Shown: positions 26,405 through 36,871 of the stretch, piece by piece
Layout: the number at the start of each line of letters is the position of its first letter
How positions within the stretch are numbered: the stretch's first letter is position 1
DNA from: a virus
Taxonomy: Duplodnaviria; Heunggongvirae; Uroviricota; Caudoviricetes
Virus record (IMG/VR): IMGVR_UViG_2630968533_000001
DNA: 47,560 nucleotides
Direction: 5' to 3' (one strand)
Notes under the pieces: model-generated
The model's database searches: none
Told to the model about the DNA's origin: nothing
Seen by the model: the letters and a program-made list of their open reading frames with translations, nothing else
Made by a program: the position numbers and the translations under genes

Positions 26405-27461
26405 TTGGTGGGAAATAAAAAATAGCACGGGTGAAGATGACTCTCCGGCTGAACTTTTAATTTACGGGTATATTGGTGAATTTGATGAGGTTTCTTCTTC
26501 TGACATAGTTAATAAATTAAAGGATATTTCATCAAATACTATCAACGTAAAAATTAATAGTTATGGTGGTTCTGTTTTTACTGCTCAAGCTATTCTTTCA
26601 TCATTAAAGCGTCATAAGGCGAATATTACGGTTTATATCGACGGGATTGCTGCATCGGCTGCAACTATTATTGCAATGGCGGGTGATAAAATTATTATCC
26701 CATCTAATGCTATGATGATGATCCATAATCCGTGGATATTTGCTGCTGGCGATGCGGATGAATTGCGTGATATTGCTGAGATGATGGATAAGATACGCAA
26801 TAGTATTTTATCTGCATATAAGGAGAAAACAGGGCTTTCTGAGGATAAATTAATTGAACTAATGGATCAGGAAACATGGCTAAATGCAGAAGAGGCTGTA
26901 GAGCTTGGATTTGCTGACGAAGTTGAAAAACCAATACGCTTATCCGCTTCTATAAAGGAAGGGATGCTTTCGCTTAATGGAATAACTTTTGAAGCATCAA
27001 GGTTTTCAAAATTACCTGATTCACTCGCAAAGTTGCCGCAAAATAAAAATGAGTTATCTACTGAATCAAATGAACAAAATGAGGACGATATTGTGACTCT
27101 TGATGAATTAAAAAATAAATATCCAGAATTATACAATCAGGTTTTTAATGCTGGTAAAGACGAGGGCGTTAAATCAGAACGCGAGCGCATTGAAACAATC
27201 GAGAATAGCGTGATTCCTGGTCATGACGACCTGGTTAAGAATGCAAAATTCAAAACAGGAGTTTCTGCGGCTGAACTTGCTTTGGAAATTATGAATGCAG
27301 AGCGAGCGCGTAACAAAAACTTTCTTAATCAACGGCAAGAAGACGCAAGTGAGGTGAATGATTCAGTTGATGTTAATCAACCAGAAAACAACGGCAACAA
27401 ACAGGCTGAAGCAGTAAAAAATGTTATTGGGTCAGTATTTAAAAACCGCGATAAAAATTAA
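26373..27461 (+). CDS. Prohead protease (S49/ClpP-like) with C-terminal scaffold-like region
   Basis: ORF track; S49 core NSYGGSVFTAQAI ... GIAASAATIIAMAGDKIIIPSNAMMMIHNPW; start may be ATG 26394 or 26397. Confidence 0.8.
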   Translation: MNKIWRLMMPNWWEIKNSTGEDDSPAELLIYGYIGEFDEVSSSDIVNKLKDISSNTINVKINSYGGSVFTAQAILSSLKRHKANITVYIDGIAASAATIIAMAGDKIIIPSNAMMMIHNPWIFAAGDADELRDIAEMMDKIRNSILSAYKEKTGLSEDKLIELMDQETWLNAEEAVELGFADEVEKPIRLSASIKEGMLSLNGITFEASRFSKLPDSLAKLPQNKNELSTESNEQNEDDIVTLDELKNKYPELYNQVFNAGKDEGVKSERERIETIENSVIPGHDDLVKNAKFKTGVSAAELALEIMNAERARNKNFLNQRQEDASEVNDSVDVNQPENNGNKQAEAVKNVIGSVFKNRDKN

Positions 27462-27470
27462 GGTGAGTTT

Positions 27471-27854
27471 ATGCGAGAGTCTTTTTCATTTGAACCAGAT
27501 AATCTGATTATTTCTGGTGGTATGCCAGCAATTCCAGCAAGTATTAAACTTGCCAGCGGTAAAGTAAAACGGGGTGAGTTACTTGCTTTTGTCAGTATTG
27601 ATCAGACAACAAATGTTGTCACTGTGGCGCCAATAAATCTCTCTGGTGAAGGGGAGGCAAAAGAACCGTATTGTATCGCTCAACACAATATTGATGCGAC
27701 TGATTCAGCGCAAGTCGGAACAGCATGGCTGACCGGAATGTTCAATGCACATGCGGTTATCCTTCCTGAATCAGCAAAAGTTGCCGATGTATATCTGGCT
27801 TGCCGGAAGGTTGGAATATTCCTTAATACCGCACAACAAAATCCATCTGCATAA
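27471..27854 (+). CDS. Head decoration protein (gpD-like)
   Basis: ORF track; 127 aa between protease and capsid genes. Confidence 0.5.
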   Translation: MRESFSFEPDNLIISGGMPAIPASIKLASGKVKRGELLAFVSIDQTTNVVTVAPINLSGEGEAKEPYCIAQHNIDATDSAQVGTAWLTGMFNAHAVILPESAKVADVYLACRKVGIFLNTAQQNPSA

Positions 27855-27874
27855 TATAAAGAGGTCGTATTTTT

Positions 27875-28918
27875 ATGCCGAATATTGATATTTTTGAACG
27901 ACGTACGATGCTTGAGCCTGTTATTCAGAATTTCAAGGCTCGTCGTTTTCTTCTTCGTACCTTTTTTCCTGGTGTTCAGACCTTTAATACAAAGAAAGTT
28001 GATCTGGATTTTGTTCGCGGTGGCCGTACTATGGCTCCGTTTGTTGGTAAAGGTTTTGGCTCAAAAACCGTTGAGCGACGCGGCTTTGTAACGAGAACTC
28101 TGGAGCCACCACTTGTTGCACCTGATTTGGTAACAACAGCCGAGCTGCTTTTAAACAGGCTTCCGGGTGAGAATATTTACAACGCAAAATCGCCAGCAGA
28201 ACGAGCCGCCGAGCAATTAGGTAAAGATTTGCTTGAGCTTGATGAAATGGTTAACCGCCGTGAAGAATGGATGTGTGCACAAGTCTTGTTTACGGGGCAG
28301 GTTGATATTGTTGGTGAAGGAGTGGATGACACAGTTTATTTTTGGCCTGAAGAGGAAGGAGATAAACCATATCTTGAACTGACAGGTGATGATTTATGGA
28401 GTGCAGCAAAATCAGATCCGTTAGTCAATGTTCGCAACTGGAAACGTCGGGTATCACTAACTTCAGGTTTTACACCTCGTGTTGCCGTAATGGGCGCAAA
28501 AGTTGTTGATGCCTTCGTTAAAAATGAAGCAGTAACTAAATATCTTGATAATCGCCGAAAAGAGCTTGGGTATATTGAGCCTAAAGAGTTAGAAGAAGGC
28601 GTAACTCATTATGGCAATCTTGAAGGTGTCGATTTTTATGGTTACGACGAACTTATTCGCAATGATAAAACAGGAAAACCTGAACCATTAGTACCGGAAG
28701 ATAAGATCCTCTTTGGCTCTCCTGGTCGAGGAACGATGCTGTATGGTGCTGTAGAGCTTGTAGATGACGCCGAAAAGACTCTAACGATTGTTGAGTCACC
28801 ACGAGTTCCAGACACTTGGGTAACTCGTAAGCCGGCTGGCCGTTATGTTGCCATGAAGTCATCTCCACTGCCTAATCCTGGTGTGGCTGATGCCTATCTG
28901 GTGGCTAAGGTGGTTTAA
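27875..28918 (+). CDS. Major capsid protein (lambda gpE-like)
   Basis: ORF track; N-terminal FKARRFLLRTFF and C-terminal RVPDTWVTRKPAGRYVAM resemble lambda gpE as recalled. Confidence 0.85.
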   Translation: MPNIDIFERRTMLEPVIQNFKARRFLLRTFFPGVQTFNTKKVDLDFVRGGRTMAPFVGKGFGSKTVERRGFVTRTLEPPLVAPDLVTTAELLLNRLPGENIYNAKSPAERAAEQLGKDLLELDEMVNRREEWMCAQVLFTGQVDIVGEGVDDTVYFWPEEEGDKPYLELTGDDLWSAAKSDPLVNVRNWKRRVSLTSGFTPRVAVMGAKVVDAFVKNEAVTKYLDNRRKELGYIEPKELEEGVTHYGNLEGVDFYGYDELIRNDKTGKPEPLVPEDKILFGSPGRGTMLYGAVELVDDAEKTLTIVESPRVPDTWVTRKPAGRYVAMKSSPLPNPGVADAYLVAKVV

Positions 28919-29311
28919 ATGGCCAGACTGATTAAAAACATTGATACGATAAGCCACGGCTCGCTAAAAGCGGGCCGTTTGCTTAATGGGCTAATGGATA
29001 ACTCCAGAATTGCCGAACTGATTGCGTCAGGACATGCTATTGCCACCGAAGAGGATGGTGATTTGGCATCGGCTGGGGGCTATGATGCTGCTAAGTTAGC
29101 TTTTGAGCATGGATACGCATCTGCTGTTAATGATGCTGTGGACGCGGGGTTGATTACGCGAACGGAGGCGGGTAGCTGTGTATTCGAGGTTGAGTTTGAG
29201 GATGATGGCGGCAATGAGGAAATGGTTGCTGATGATTCATCTGAATCTGTAGCTACTTCTGATACCAGTAATGCGAAAAAATCAACGCAAAAAAAAGGTA
29301 ATAAGAAGTAA
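28919..29311 (+). CDS. Hypothetical head-associated protein (130 aa)
   Basis: ORF track; acidic C-terminal tail; position only. Confidence 0.4.
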   Translation: MARLIKNIDTISHGSLKAGRLLNGLMDNSRIAELIASGHAIATEEDGDLASAGGYDAAKLAFEHGYASAVNDAVDAGLITRTEAGSCVFEVEFEDDGGNEEMVADDSSESVATSDTSNAKKSTQKKGNKK

Positions 29312-29655
29312 TGAACTCCTTCAAAGAGGTTATAGCGCAAGATATTTCTGCAATATTCCTCAATGAAAAAGAGTTTGCCGATACATATAACATAGACGGC
29401 AAGGATATCCTTGCCGTTATTGATACAGACCTTATTCATGAGCGGAATAAACGCTCATATGCTGAGTTTGCAGAGGGAATAAATCAGGGGCAAATAATAT
29501 TATTTGTTTCAAGAAAAGATTTTCCTGTTCTCCCTGTCAAAGACCAGTCAATGAAAATCAACGGTAAAAATTATATTGTTGATGAAGTATCAGATAATGT
29601 TGGTGTATTGGAAATAACTCTCACTGTTAATACTAACAGAGGAATGCCGATTTGA
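29311..29655 (+). CDS. Putative head-tail connector/adaptor protein
   Basis: ORF track; position between head and tail modules. Confidence 0.4.
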   Translation: MNSFKEVIAQDISAIFLNEKEFADTYNIDGKDILAVIDTDLIHERNKRSYAEFAEGINQGQIILFVSRKDFPVLPVKDQSMKINGKNYIVDEVSDNVGVLEITLTVNTNRGMPI

Positions 29656-30137
29656 TTAATCTTTTGATAGATGCAATAAAAAATCGGTTGGAACATGAGG
29701 TTTTCCATGATTTATTAGTGCAGGGGCCTCCTTATGATGAAACAGACAGCGATATTAAATTGTTTGTTCCAACAATATTTAAAGGGTACTTGCCTCCTAA
29801 ATCACAACCATCTCCAGATAAACCGCCAGAATTTCCTCATGTGATTATCAGGCCCACGGAAGGAGGAATGCAGCCTGAAACGGATGAAGTTAAGGTTAAG
29901 TTTCTTCTAGGTGGTTTTTGTGAGGACCATACTGGATATGAATGGGTAATGGCTCTTCTTGAAAGGATGATGTTTCATTTTCAGGAGAAGCCTTTACTTG
30001 AAGAGAAATTTCTCTTTCAGGGTGATATCAGATGGCGAATGTTTGATGATCAACCATATCCATATTGGATAACGGAAGCAACTGGAACGTGGCTAGTATT
30101 AAAGCCTCAGAATATTCAGTCTCAGGAGTTTATCTAA
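29652..30137 (+). CDS. Putative neck/tail completion protein
   Basis: ORF track; position. Confidence 0.4.
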   Translation: MINLLIDAIKNRLEHEVFHDLLVQGPPYDETDSDIKLFVPTIFKGYLPPKSQPSPDKPPEFPHVIIRPTEGGMQPETDEVKVKFLLGGFCEDHTGYEWVMALLERMMFHFQEKPLLEEKFLFQGDIRWRMFDDQPYPYWITEATGTWLVLKPQNIQSQEFI

Positions 30138-30428
30138 ATGGCTAATAAGAAAAGTAGTAAAGAAGATATAGAAAAGAAGGAAGATGTTGCTCAAACATTT
30201 GTATATATAGGGCCAACAATCCCTCAACTCTCAATTTTGAAGCATAAACTATTTAAGAATGGCTTATCTCCAGAGTGTGAAAAATTAATATCACATATTC
30301 CTGGTGCAAAGTGTTTGTTTGTGGCAACCAGTGATTTTTCAGATGCAGAAAAAAGACTTTCTGATAAAACCAGTGTCGAGTATGTAATGTACTCTAGAGT
30401 TTCTTCTTCTATCATGGAGATTAAATAA
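30138..30428 (+). CDS. Hypothetical protein (96 aa)
   Basis: ORF track. Confidence 0.35.
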   Translation: MANKKSSKEDIEKKEDVAQTFVYIGPTIPQLSILKHKLFKNGLSPECEKLISHIPGAKCLFVATSDFSDAEKRLSDKTSVEYVMYSRVSSSIMEIK

Positions 30429-31891
30429 TGGGATATCGCCACGGTATTTATATATCTGAGCTGGCTACATCTATAACTCCTCCAGTACAAGTTAGTGCTG
30501 GGTTGATTGTCGCATTTGGTACAACTCCTGTTAATCAGTTAGAAGATCCAGCCTCAGCGGTAAATAAACCTATCATTGCTTATACATACGCAGAGGCCGT
30601 ATCTAAAATAGGATATAGCACAAACTTCGAGAAATATACTTTAAGCGAAGTAATTAAAGTCGCATTTGGAATATATGGTGTTGCGCCAGTTGTATTTATC
30701 AATGTGCTTGATCCAGCAAAGCATAAGAAAGACGTAACTGATGAGGTAGTAAAACTTTCTGGCGGGAAAGGTACGCTCTCTAACGATGGTGTCTTATATA
30801 AATCTGTTGTTGTGAAAAAAGCAGATGGTGATTCTCCAGGGTTAACGGTTGATACAGATTATGTACTGGCGCTGGATGATAATGGCTATACGGTCATTAC
30901 CGCTATTAGCGGAGGAAAAATTACTGAAAAAGACGCCACTCTTAAGGTTAGTTATACGCATCTTGATCCCGGGGCTGTAACTAAAAACGATATTATTGGT
31001 GGTGTGGATTCCAACACTAAAGCGAATACGGGGCTTGAGTTACTGTCGGATGTTTATCCCCGCTTCAAACTAGTTCCAGGACAAGTGATTGCGCCTGGAT
31101 TTAGTTCTGATAGTGAAGTTGGCCAGCTAATGGCGGCTAAAGCTGCGCTGATTAGTGAATTGTTCAAAGCAGAAGCTATCACCGATGCGCCGACTGATAA
31201 ATCTACTATCAGTGATTATTCTGCTGTTCCTGAATGGAAGCAGAACAATAATCATATGGCAGCTAACCAGACAGTGTGCTGGCCGATGGTGAAACTTGGT
31301 GACAATATTTACCATCACTCAACCCATTTAGCGGCAGCAACATGCTTGCTGGATAGTCAGTATGGTGATATTCCATCACGTTCTCCGTCAAATATAAAAC
31401 TACAGATGGACGGTGCTGTACGTAAAGATGGCAGTGAGGTATGGCTTAACATTAGCCAGGCAAACTACTTAAATGGACAGGGGATTGTAACAAGCCTTAA
31501 TTTTGATGGTTGGAAATCATGGGGAAACCGTAATGCTATTTATCCAACATCTACAGACCCCAAAGACGCATTTCGTGTTTGCCGACGTATGTTTAACTGG
31601 GTGGGTAATACGTTAATTCTTTCGTATTGGTCAAAAATAGACAATCCTGCAAACCGTCGATTAATTGAATCGATTGTTACTAGTGCGAATATTTGGCTTA
31701 ACGGCCTCACTGGTAATCAGGATATTGCAGGTGGTGTTGTTACCTTTGATCAGTCTGAAAACACGATTACGTCATTGATGGACGGGATTGTTAAATTCCA
31801 TGTAAAAATGACACCATTCTCACCTGCCAGAGATATAGAGTTCGTCATGGAATATAATCCTGATTATCTGCTGAACTTGTTTTCTGAATAA
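30428..31891 (+). CDS. Tail sheath protein
   Basis: ORF track; 487 aa directly upstream of the tube gene and frameshifted chaperone pair, the characteristic myovirus arrangement. Confidence 0.65.
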   Translation: MGYRHGIYISELATSITPPVQVSAGLIVAFGTTPVNQLEDPASAVNKPIIAYTYAEAVSKIGYSTNFEKYTLSEVIKVAFGIYGVAPVVFINVLDPAKHKKDVTDEVVKLSGGKGTLSNDGVLYKSVVVKKADGDSPGLTVDTDYVLALDDNGYTVITAISGGKITEKDATLKVSYTHLDPGAVTKNDIIGGVDSNTKANTGLELLSDVYPRFKLVPGQVIAPGFSSDSEVGQLMAAKAALISELFKAEAITDAPTDKSTISDYSAVPEWKQNNNHMAANQTVCWPMVKLGDNIYHHSTHLAAATCLLDSQYGDIPSRSPSNIKLQMDGAVRKDGSEVWLNISQANYLNGQGIVTSLNFDGWKSWGNRNAIYPTSTDPKDAFRVCRRMFNWVGNTLILSYWSKIDNPANRRLIESIVTSANIWLNGLTGNQDIAGGVVTFDQSENTITSLMDGIVKFHVKMTPFSPARDIEFVMEYNPDYLLNLFSE

Positions 31892-31907
31892 ATAATAGGA
31901 GGTTGCT

Positions 31908-32429
31908 TTGAGCAATCAAATTCCTGAGAGACTTATTAACTTTACAGTATACGGTGAAGGAAACCGTATTATCGGTGTTGCTGACGCAAAGCTGCCATCA
32001 ATTGAGATGATGACAGAAACTGTTAGTGGTGCAGGTATCGCTGGAGAGCTTGAGAGCGGAACGCTGGGGCATTTCAAACCAATGACTGTCTCTCTTAAAT
32101 GGCGAACTCTGACCTCTGCTGGTACAAAATTATTTCTATCCTCATCGCATCAGGTAGATTTTCGCGGTAGCCAGCAGGTTTATGATGCAGGAACAGGAAA
32201 ATATAAAACGGTTCCTATTCGGGCTTCAATGAAGCTAAACCCTAAAAAACTGGATTTAGGTTCGCTACAGGTGGCAAAGGCTACTGATTCAGAGAATGAA
32301 TTTGAAGTTCTCTATATCAAATTATTTATTGATGGAAAAGAAGTCCTGGAAATTGATAAGTTGAACTTTATTTGTATCTTTGATGGTGAAGATATATTAA
32401 AAAGCGTTCGTGATGATTTAGGTTTATAA
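31908..32429 (+). CDS. Tail tube protein
   Basis: ORF track; 173 aa after the sheath. Confidence 0.65.
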   Translation: MSNQIPERLINFTVYGEGNRIIGVADAKLPSIEMMTETVSGAGIAGELESGTLGHFKPMTVSLKWRTLTSAGTKLFLSSSHQVDFRGSQQVYDAGTGKYKTVPIRASMKLNPKKLDLGSLQVAKATDSENEFEVLYIKLFIDGKEVLEIDKLNFICIFDGEDILKSVRDDLGL

Positions 32430-32438
32430 GGTGACAAA

Positions 32439-32720
32439 ATGGAAACCGTTAAATTAAGTAAAGAATATCGTTTTGAAGACTTTGAGCCGGTGACTGAACT
32501 CAACCTTGATTTAGACAACCTAAAAGGCAGTGATATTTTAGAGGTATCGGACTTACTGCAATCTCAAGGGCATGTTTCAGTTCAAACATCACTTGATAAT
32601 AAAGTCCATGCAGCCTTGGCTGCTCGCTGTATTGGTCGTCCAATAGAGTATCTGAATGGATTACCAGCGAAAGACTTTGTTAAAGTTTGTCAAAAGGTAC
32701 AGAATTTTTTGCTCTCGTAG
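32439..32720 (+). CDS. Tail assembly chaperone (gpE/gpG-like)
   Basis: ORF track; small acidic protein immediately before the tape measure; overlapping -1 frame ORF. Confidence 0.55.
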   Translation: METVKLSKEYRFEDFEPVTELNLDLDNLKGSDILEVSDLLQSQGHVSVQTSLDNKVHAALAARCIGRPIEYLNGLPAKDFVKVCQKVQNFLLS

Positions 32721-32869
32721 GTTTTGATGAGCAAAAACCTATTGATAAGCAAATAATGAGGGCCGCGAGTTCTCTATCTCAATCATCTCAATCAACACCT
32801 ATATCCTACTGGCTTTCGCTTCGGTTGAGGCGAATCGTCGCATGGATTGACGTGTTTAATGAGGATTAA
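32687..32869 (+). CDS. -1 frame extension of the tail chaperone (gpE'/gpGT-like frameshift product)
   Basis: ORF in the -1 frame relative to 32439-32720; slippery TTTTTTG at 32705-32711 in the overlap. Confidence 0.45.
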   Translation: MSKGTEFFALVGFDEQKPIDKQIMRAASSLSQSSQSTPISYWLSLRLRRIVAWIDVFNED

Positions 32870-32874
32870 TACTA

Positions 32875-35667
32875 ATGGCCAGCAATAAGAACTTTAAGCT
32901 GGCTTTTGAAATTGGCGGCAAAGTTGCCGCCTCTCTCCCCAAAAGTTTTACTACAGCTAATCAGGCTGTTGCTAAATTAAATGCAGAGCTTGCTGGATTA
33001 ACGAAAGAACATGGGGAAATTCAAAAGCTACAATCTGTAAAAGTAAAGGTTGGACAGACTGCCCTCGAATATCATAAAGCTGCCGCTCGCGTTGAAGAGT
33101 TACAGAAGCAAATAAAAAACACGGCCAATCCAACCAGAGCGATGCTTCGTGACTTTGAGAAGGCAAAAACACATTCATCAAATTTACGAGCATCACTACG
33201 TTCTCAGCGTGAAGAACTGGCCGCTTTAAAGTCTGCCTATCAGGGAGCTGATACATCTGCCAGAGCTTTGGCCTCAAGAGAGAAAGAGCTTAAAGCCAGC
33301 ATTGATCGTAATCGTGAGGCTCAGGCCCGTAGCGTTGAGCAGGTTAACCGCTACAGAACGGCTTTGGCTTTAGCCAGAGCAAATGTTCAGCAAGTGAAAA
33401 AACAGCAGGAGGAACTTAACCGGGCATTAGAAAAACAACGTATTGATAAAATTAACAGCTATAAAAATGCGTTGGCTGAAGCACGGAAAAATGTTCTTGC
33501 AGTAAAACGTGCTCAGGAGGAGTTAAACCGCGCGTTGGAAAGGCAGCGTGAATTGAAGCGAGAGCATCTTGGTGAGGCAAAGAGTCAACTTGTAAGGTCA
33601 GGATTACAAACTGGTGCTGTAGCGGCTGGTGCATTTGCTGCTGCTAACAATGCAGCAAATTTCAATCGTGAAAACAAAATGATTGGTCTTACGGCAGATA
33701 TGAAGCCGGAAGAAGTTCAGGCGATGGGGCAGGCGATGCTTGTTACCGGAACGGCTACCAACCAGTTTGCATCTGATATTCAGGCCGCTCAGGGTTTTCT
33801 CGTCGCTGCTGGGCAGGATTATAAAGAGGCTCAGGCGAATCTACTAACTATTGGGCGAACAGCTACAGCTACTGGCTCTGATATCCTCGATGTCTCGAAA
33901 GCATCATTTACATTAAGTGACTCATTGAAGATTGATCCATCTCAAATGAAGTCTGCAATGGGGATTCTGGTTCAGGCAGGGAAAGAGGGGAACTTTGAAT
34001 TTAAAGATATGGCCAAAAATCTTCCTGTGCTTGGTGCTCAGTTCCAGGCATTAAAAATGGGAGGTAAAGAAGCAGCCGCGACGATGGGTGCAGCTTTGCA
34101 GATAGCTCGCAAGGGGGCTGCAACTTCGGATGAGGCTGCTAATAATATGAACAACTTTTTGGCAAAAATACTTTCCCCTGAAACACTAAAAAAAGCAAAG
34201 AAAAATTTCGGTGTAGATTTATATAAAATTGTTACAACAGCGCAGAAAAAAGGGAAGAATCCATTCGAAGCTGCAATGCATTCTGTCATGAAAATGACTA
34301 AGAACGGAGATCAGAAGTTACTTGGTGAACTATTTGGCGATATGCAGGTTCAGAACTTTGTTCGTCCGATGATTCAAAACTGGAAGGAATACCAGAGAAT
34401 CAAAGCAACATCTCTTGGAGCTGGAAGTGCTGTTATTGACCGCGATTTTGCCAACATAACGAAAGATAATGCGGAGCGATTGAAACAATTACGTATTCAG
34501 GCTAGCAATGCATCATTAAGTTTTGGTCAGGCCTTGCAACCTGCTTTGAATGCCGCGCTTAGTGTTTTGGTTCCGCTGATTACAAAAATTAGTGAATTTG
34601 TAGCTAACAACCCCAATTTTGTGTCTCAGATAGTGATGGCGGCAGGTGCGTTTCTAACCATGAAAAGTGTGGTTATAGCGTGTAGGGTAGCTATGCTGGC
34701 TTTATCTGTAGCGACAAAGCTAACACCCTTCGGGTGGATTCAGATGGCTATATCTGCGCTGGTTGCCGCAGGAATATTGCTCTATCAGAATTGGGATAAG
34801 ATCAGAGATTATGCTGTCAGAGTTTGGCCTTCTGTTAAGGAATATACAGTTAAATCATTTGAGGCTATAAAAAACTTTATCTTAAACTTTGACCTCAATG
34901 GATGGATTATATCTATGTTTGGTAAAGCATGGGATTATCTTTCCAACATAAACTGGAGTTCGGCAGGAGTAAGAATTTACAGTACATTAATTAGTGCTTT
35001 TAAATGGATGTCTCCGCTTCCGTTCTTAATTAAAGCATTTAAAATTACAACAAATTACCTTTCTGGCATTAACTGGAGCGAAACAGGAAAGAAAATCATA
35101 GATACACTGGTATCTGTTTTTATGCGTTTTTCACCAGTTGGACTCTTTATAAGAGCATTCCAATCTGTAACGACTTATTTATCTGGAATAAACTGGAGTG
35201 AGTCAGGCGCAAAAATAATTGAGACGTTAATCACTGGGATAAAATCAAAAGCAAATGCTTTAATTAATGAAGTGAAAGGCGTTTTTTCTTCTGTACGTGA
35301 GTATTTACCGTTCTCTGACGCGAAAAAAGGTCCATTCTCACAGCTAACAAAGTCAGGTGGTGCAATAATGACTACTCTGGCATCAGGTGTTAGCAGGAAT
35401 AACAGCTTACAGAATGCAATAGCAAGCAAGTTCGGGCAATCAAATTTATCACCTCACGGGATATCTGCCGCTGGGACTTCTGGACCTCGCCAGAACGTTA
35501 ACGCTGTGACTGGTGGAATAACCTATTCACCTGTAATCAATCTTCCGGCTGGTTCACCAAAGGAAACTGAGGCGGCAGCTAAAAGAGCATTAGATGCGGG
35601 ATATTCTGATTTTGAGAAGAAATTGAGTGCTCATATGTTCCAACAACGGAGATTAAGTTTTGGATGA
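32875..35667 (+). CDS. Tail tape measure protein
   Basis: ORF track; 930 aa, coiled-coil N-terminus, hydrophobic central segments, tandem ~40-aa repeats with YLSGINWSE. Confidence 0.85.
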   Translation: MASNKNFKLAFEIGGKVAASLPKSFTTANQAVAKLNAELAGLTKEHGEIQKLQSVKVKVGQTALEYHKAAARVEELQKQIKNTANPTRAMLRDFEKAKTHSSNLRASLRSQREELAALKSAYQGADTSARALASREKELKASIDRNREAQARSVEQVNRYRTALALARANVQQVKKQQEELNRALEKQRIDKINSYKNALAEARKNVLAVKRAQEELNRALERQRELKREHLGEAKSQLVRSGLQTGAVAAGAFAAANNAANFNRENKMIGLTADMKPEEVQAMGQAMLVTGTATNQFASDIQAAQGFLVAAGQDYKEAQANLLTIGRTATATGSDILDVSKASFTLSDSLKIDPSQMKSAMGILVQAGKEGNFEFKDMAKNLPVLGAQFQALKMGGKEAAATMGAALQIARKGAATSDEAANNMNNFLAKILSPETLKKAKKNFGVDLYKIVTTAQKKGKNPFEAAMHSVMKMTKNGDQKLLGELFGDMQVQNFVRPMIQNWKEYQRIKATSLGAGSAVIDRDFANITKDNAERLKQLRIQASNASLSFGQALQPALNAALSVLVPLITKISEFVANNPNFVSQIVMAAGAFLTMKSVVIACRVAMLALSVATKLTPFGWIQMAISALVAAGILLYQNWDKIRDYAVRVWPSVKEYTVKSFEAIKNFILNFDLNGWIISMFGKAWDYLSNINWSSAGVRIYSTLISAFKWMSPLPFLIKAFKITTNYLSGINWSETGKKIIDTLVSVFMRFSPVGLFIRAFQSVTTYLSGINWSESGAKIIETLITGIKSKANALINEVKGVFSSVREYLPFSDAKKGPFSQLTKSGGAIMTTLASGVSRNNSLQNAIASKFGQSNLSPHGISAAGTSGPRQNVNAVTGGITYSPVINLPAGSPKETEAAAKRALDAGYSDFEKKLSAHMFQQRRLSFG

Positions 35668-35878
35668 TTATAGAACGGTTCAAGGGGACTCATGGGATAG
35701 TATCGCTTTAAAGTTGTATGGTAATGAGTACCTGTCTTATCTTCTTATTGATGCTAATACTGAGCACCGCTTTACGGTGCTTTTTTCTGCGGGAATTATT
35801 CTTAAAGTTCCTGATGCTCCGGTTATGCCAATATCAGTAAACAATTTTCCTCCGTGGAGACGCAATAGTGTTACGTAA
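35660..35878 (+). CDS. Tail protein X-like (LysM-like small protein)
   Basis: ORF track; YRTVQGDSWDSIALKLYG resembles P2 gpX as recalled. Confidence 0.5.
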   Translation: MDDYRTVQGDSWDSIALKLYGNEYLSYLLIDANTEHRFTVLFSAGIILKVPDAPVMPISVNNFPPWRRNSVT

Positions 35879-36869
35879 AACGCTTTTTGATGTTATATAT
35901 CAGAATGTAAATATTACCGCTCATATGTCACCTGATGTTTTGTCAATGTCTTATACAGATAATGAAGATGGTCAGGTCGATGATATTTCTATTATATTAA
36001 AAAATGATGATGGGAAATGGTCTGGAGACTGGACACCTAAAAAGGGTGATTTTATTGATTTGAGCTTTAAGCCTATAAATCAAATCGTCCTTGAGTGCGG
36101 GAAATTCCAGGTAGATGGCATAACTTGCTCTGGACCACCTTCTGTGGTTGAGGTAACTGCTGTTTCTGTTCCTGTTTCATCAGGCATTAGACGTGATTTA
36201 AAAAGTAATGCATGGGAAAAAACAACTCTTAAAGATATAGCAACTTCTATAGCTAAATTAGCTAACCTTGAACTGTTGTTTCTTATTGATGGTGATAGTA
36301 ATCCATATTATGCGCGTGAAGATCAAATGGAGGAAAGCGATTTAAAATTTCTCCATCGACTTTGCCAGGATGAAGGGTTGTCGTTAAAGGTCACTGATAG
36401 CCAATTAATAATATTTGCTCAAGAGATGTTTGAGCAAAAAGATCCTATCGCTACGCTTACGTTAGGTATTGATGAGATAATCAGATATAGCTTTAGCACA
36501 CAATCTACAGATTTGTATAAAAGTTGCACGTGCAAATATCGCGTACCTAAAAAAAGAAAGTCGCTTTCGTATACTTGGGTAGATCCATCCGTAGAAGAAG
36601 GGTCGAATCTTAAGATAAGAAAACTGGTAGCTAATTTAGATGAAGCAAAACGTAAGGCAAAGGCTGCTTTGCGGCTTAAAAATAGATATCAAAATACCGG
36701 ATCTTTAGTATTGGTTGGAGACACCAGATTGGTAGCTGGTGTAACTATAAATCTGGAGGGATTCGGTTCATTTTCTGGAAAATATCTTATATCGAAAGCT
36801 GTGCATTCAATTGGGACTAGTGGTTATACCACCTCGATTGATGTCCGAAGAGTAATTAATGGGTATTAA
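35868..36869 (+). CDS. Tail/baseplate hub protein (P2 gpD-like)
   Basis: ORF track; position after tape measure and X. Confidence 0.55.
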   Translation: MLRKTLFDVIYQNVNITAHMSPDVLSMSYTDNEDGQVDDISIILKNDDGKWSGDWTPKKGDFIDLSFKPINQIVLECGKFQVDGITCSGPPSVVEVTAVSVPVSSGIRRDLKSNAWEKTTLKDIATSIAKLANLELLFLIDGDSNPYYAREDQMEESDLKFLHRLCQDEGLSLKVTDSQLIIFAQEMFEQKDPIATLTLGIDEIIRYSFSTQSTDLYKSCTCKYRVPKKRKSLSYTWVDPSVEEGSNLKIRKLVANLDEAKRKAKAALRLKNRYQNTGSLVLVGDTRLVAGVTINLEGFGSFSGKYLISKAVHSIGTSGYTTSIDVRRVINGY

Positions 36870-36871
36870 TT

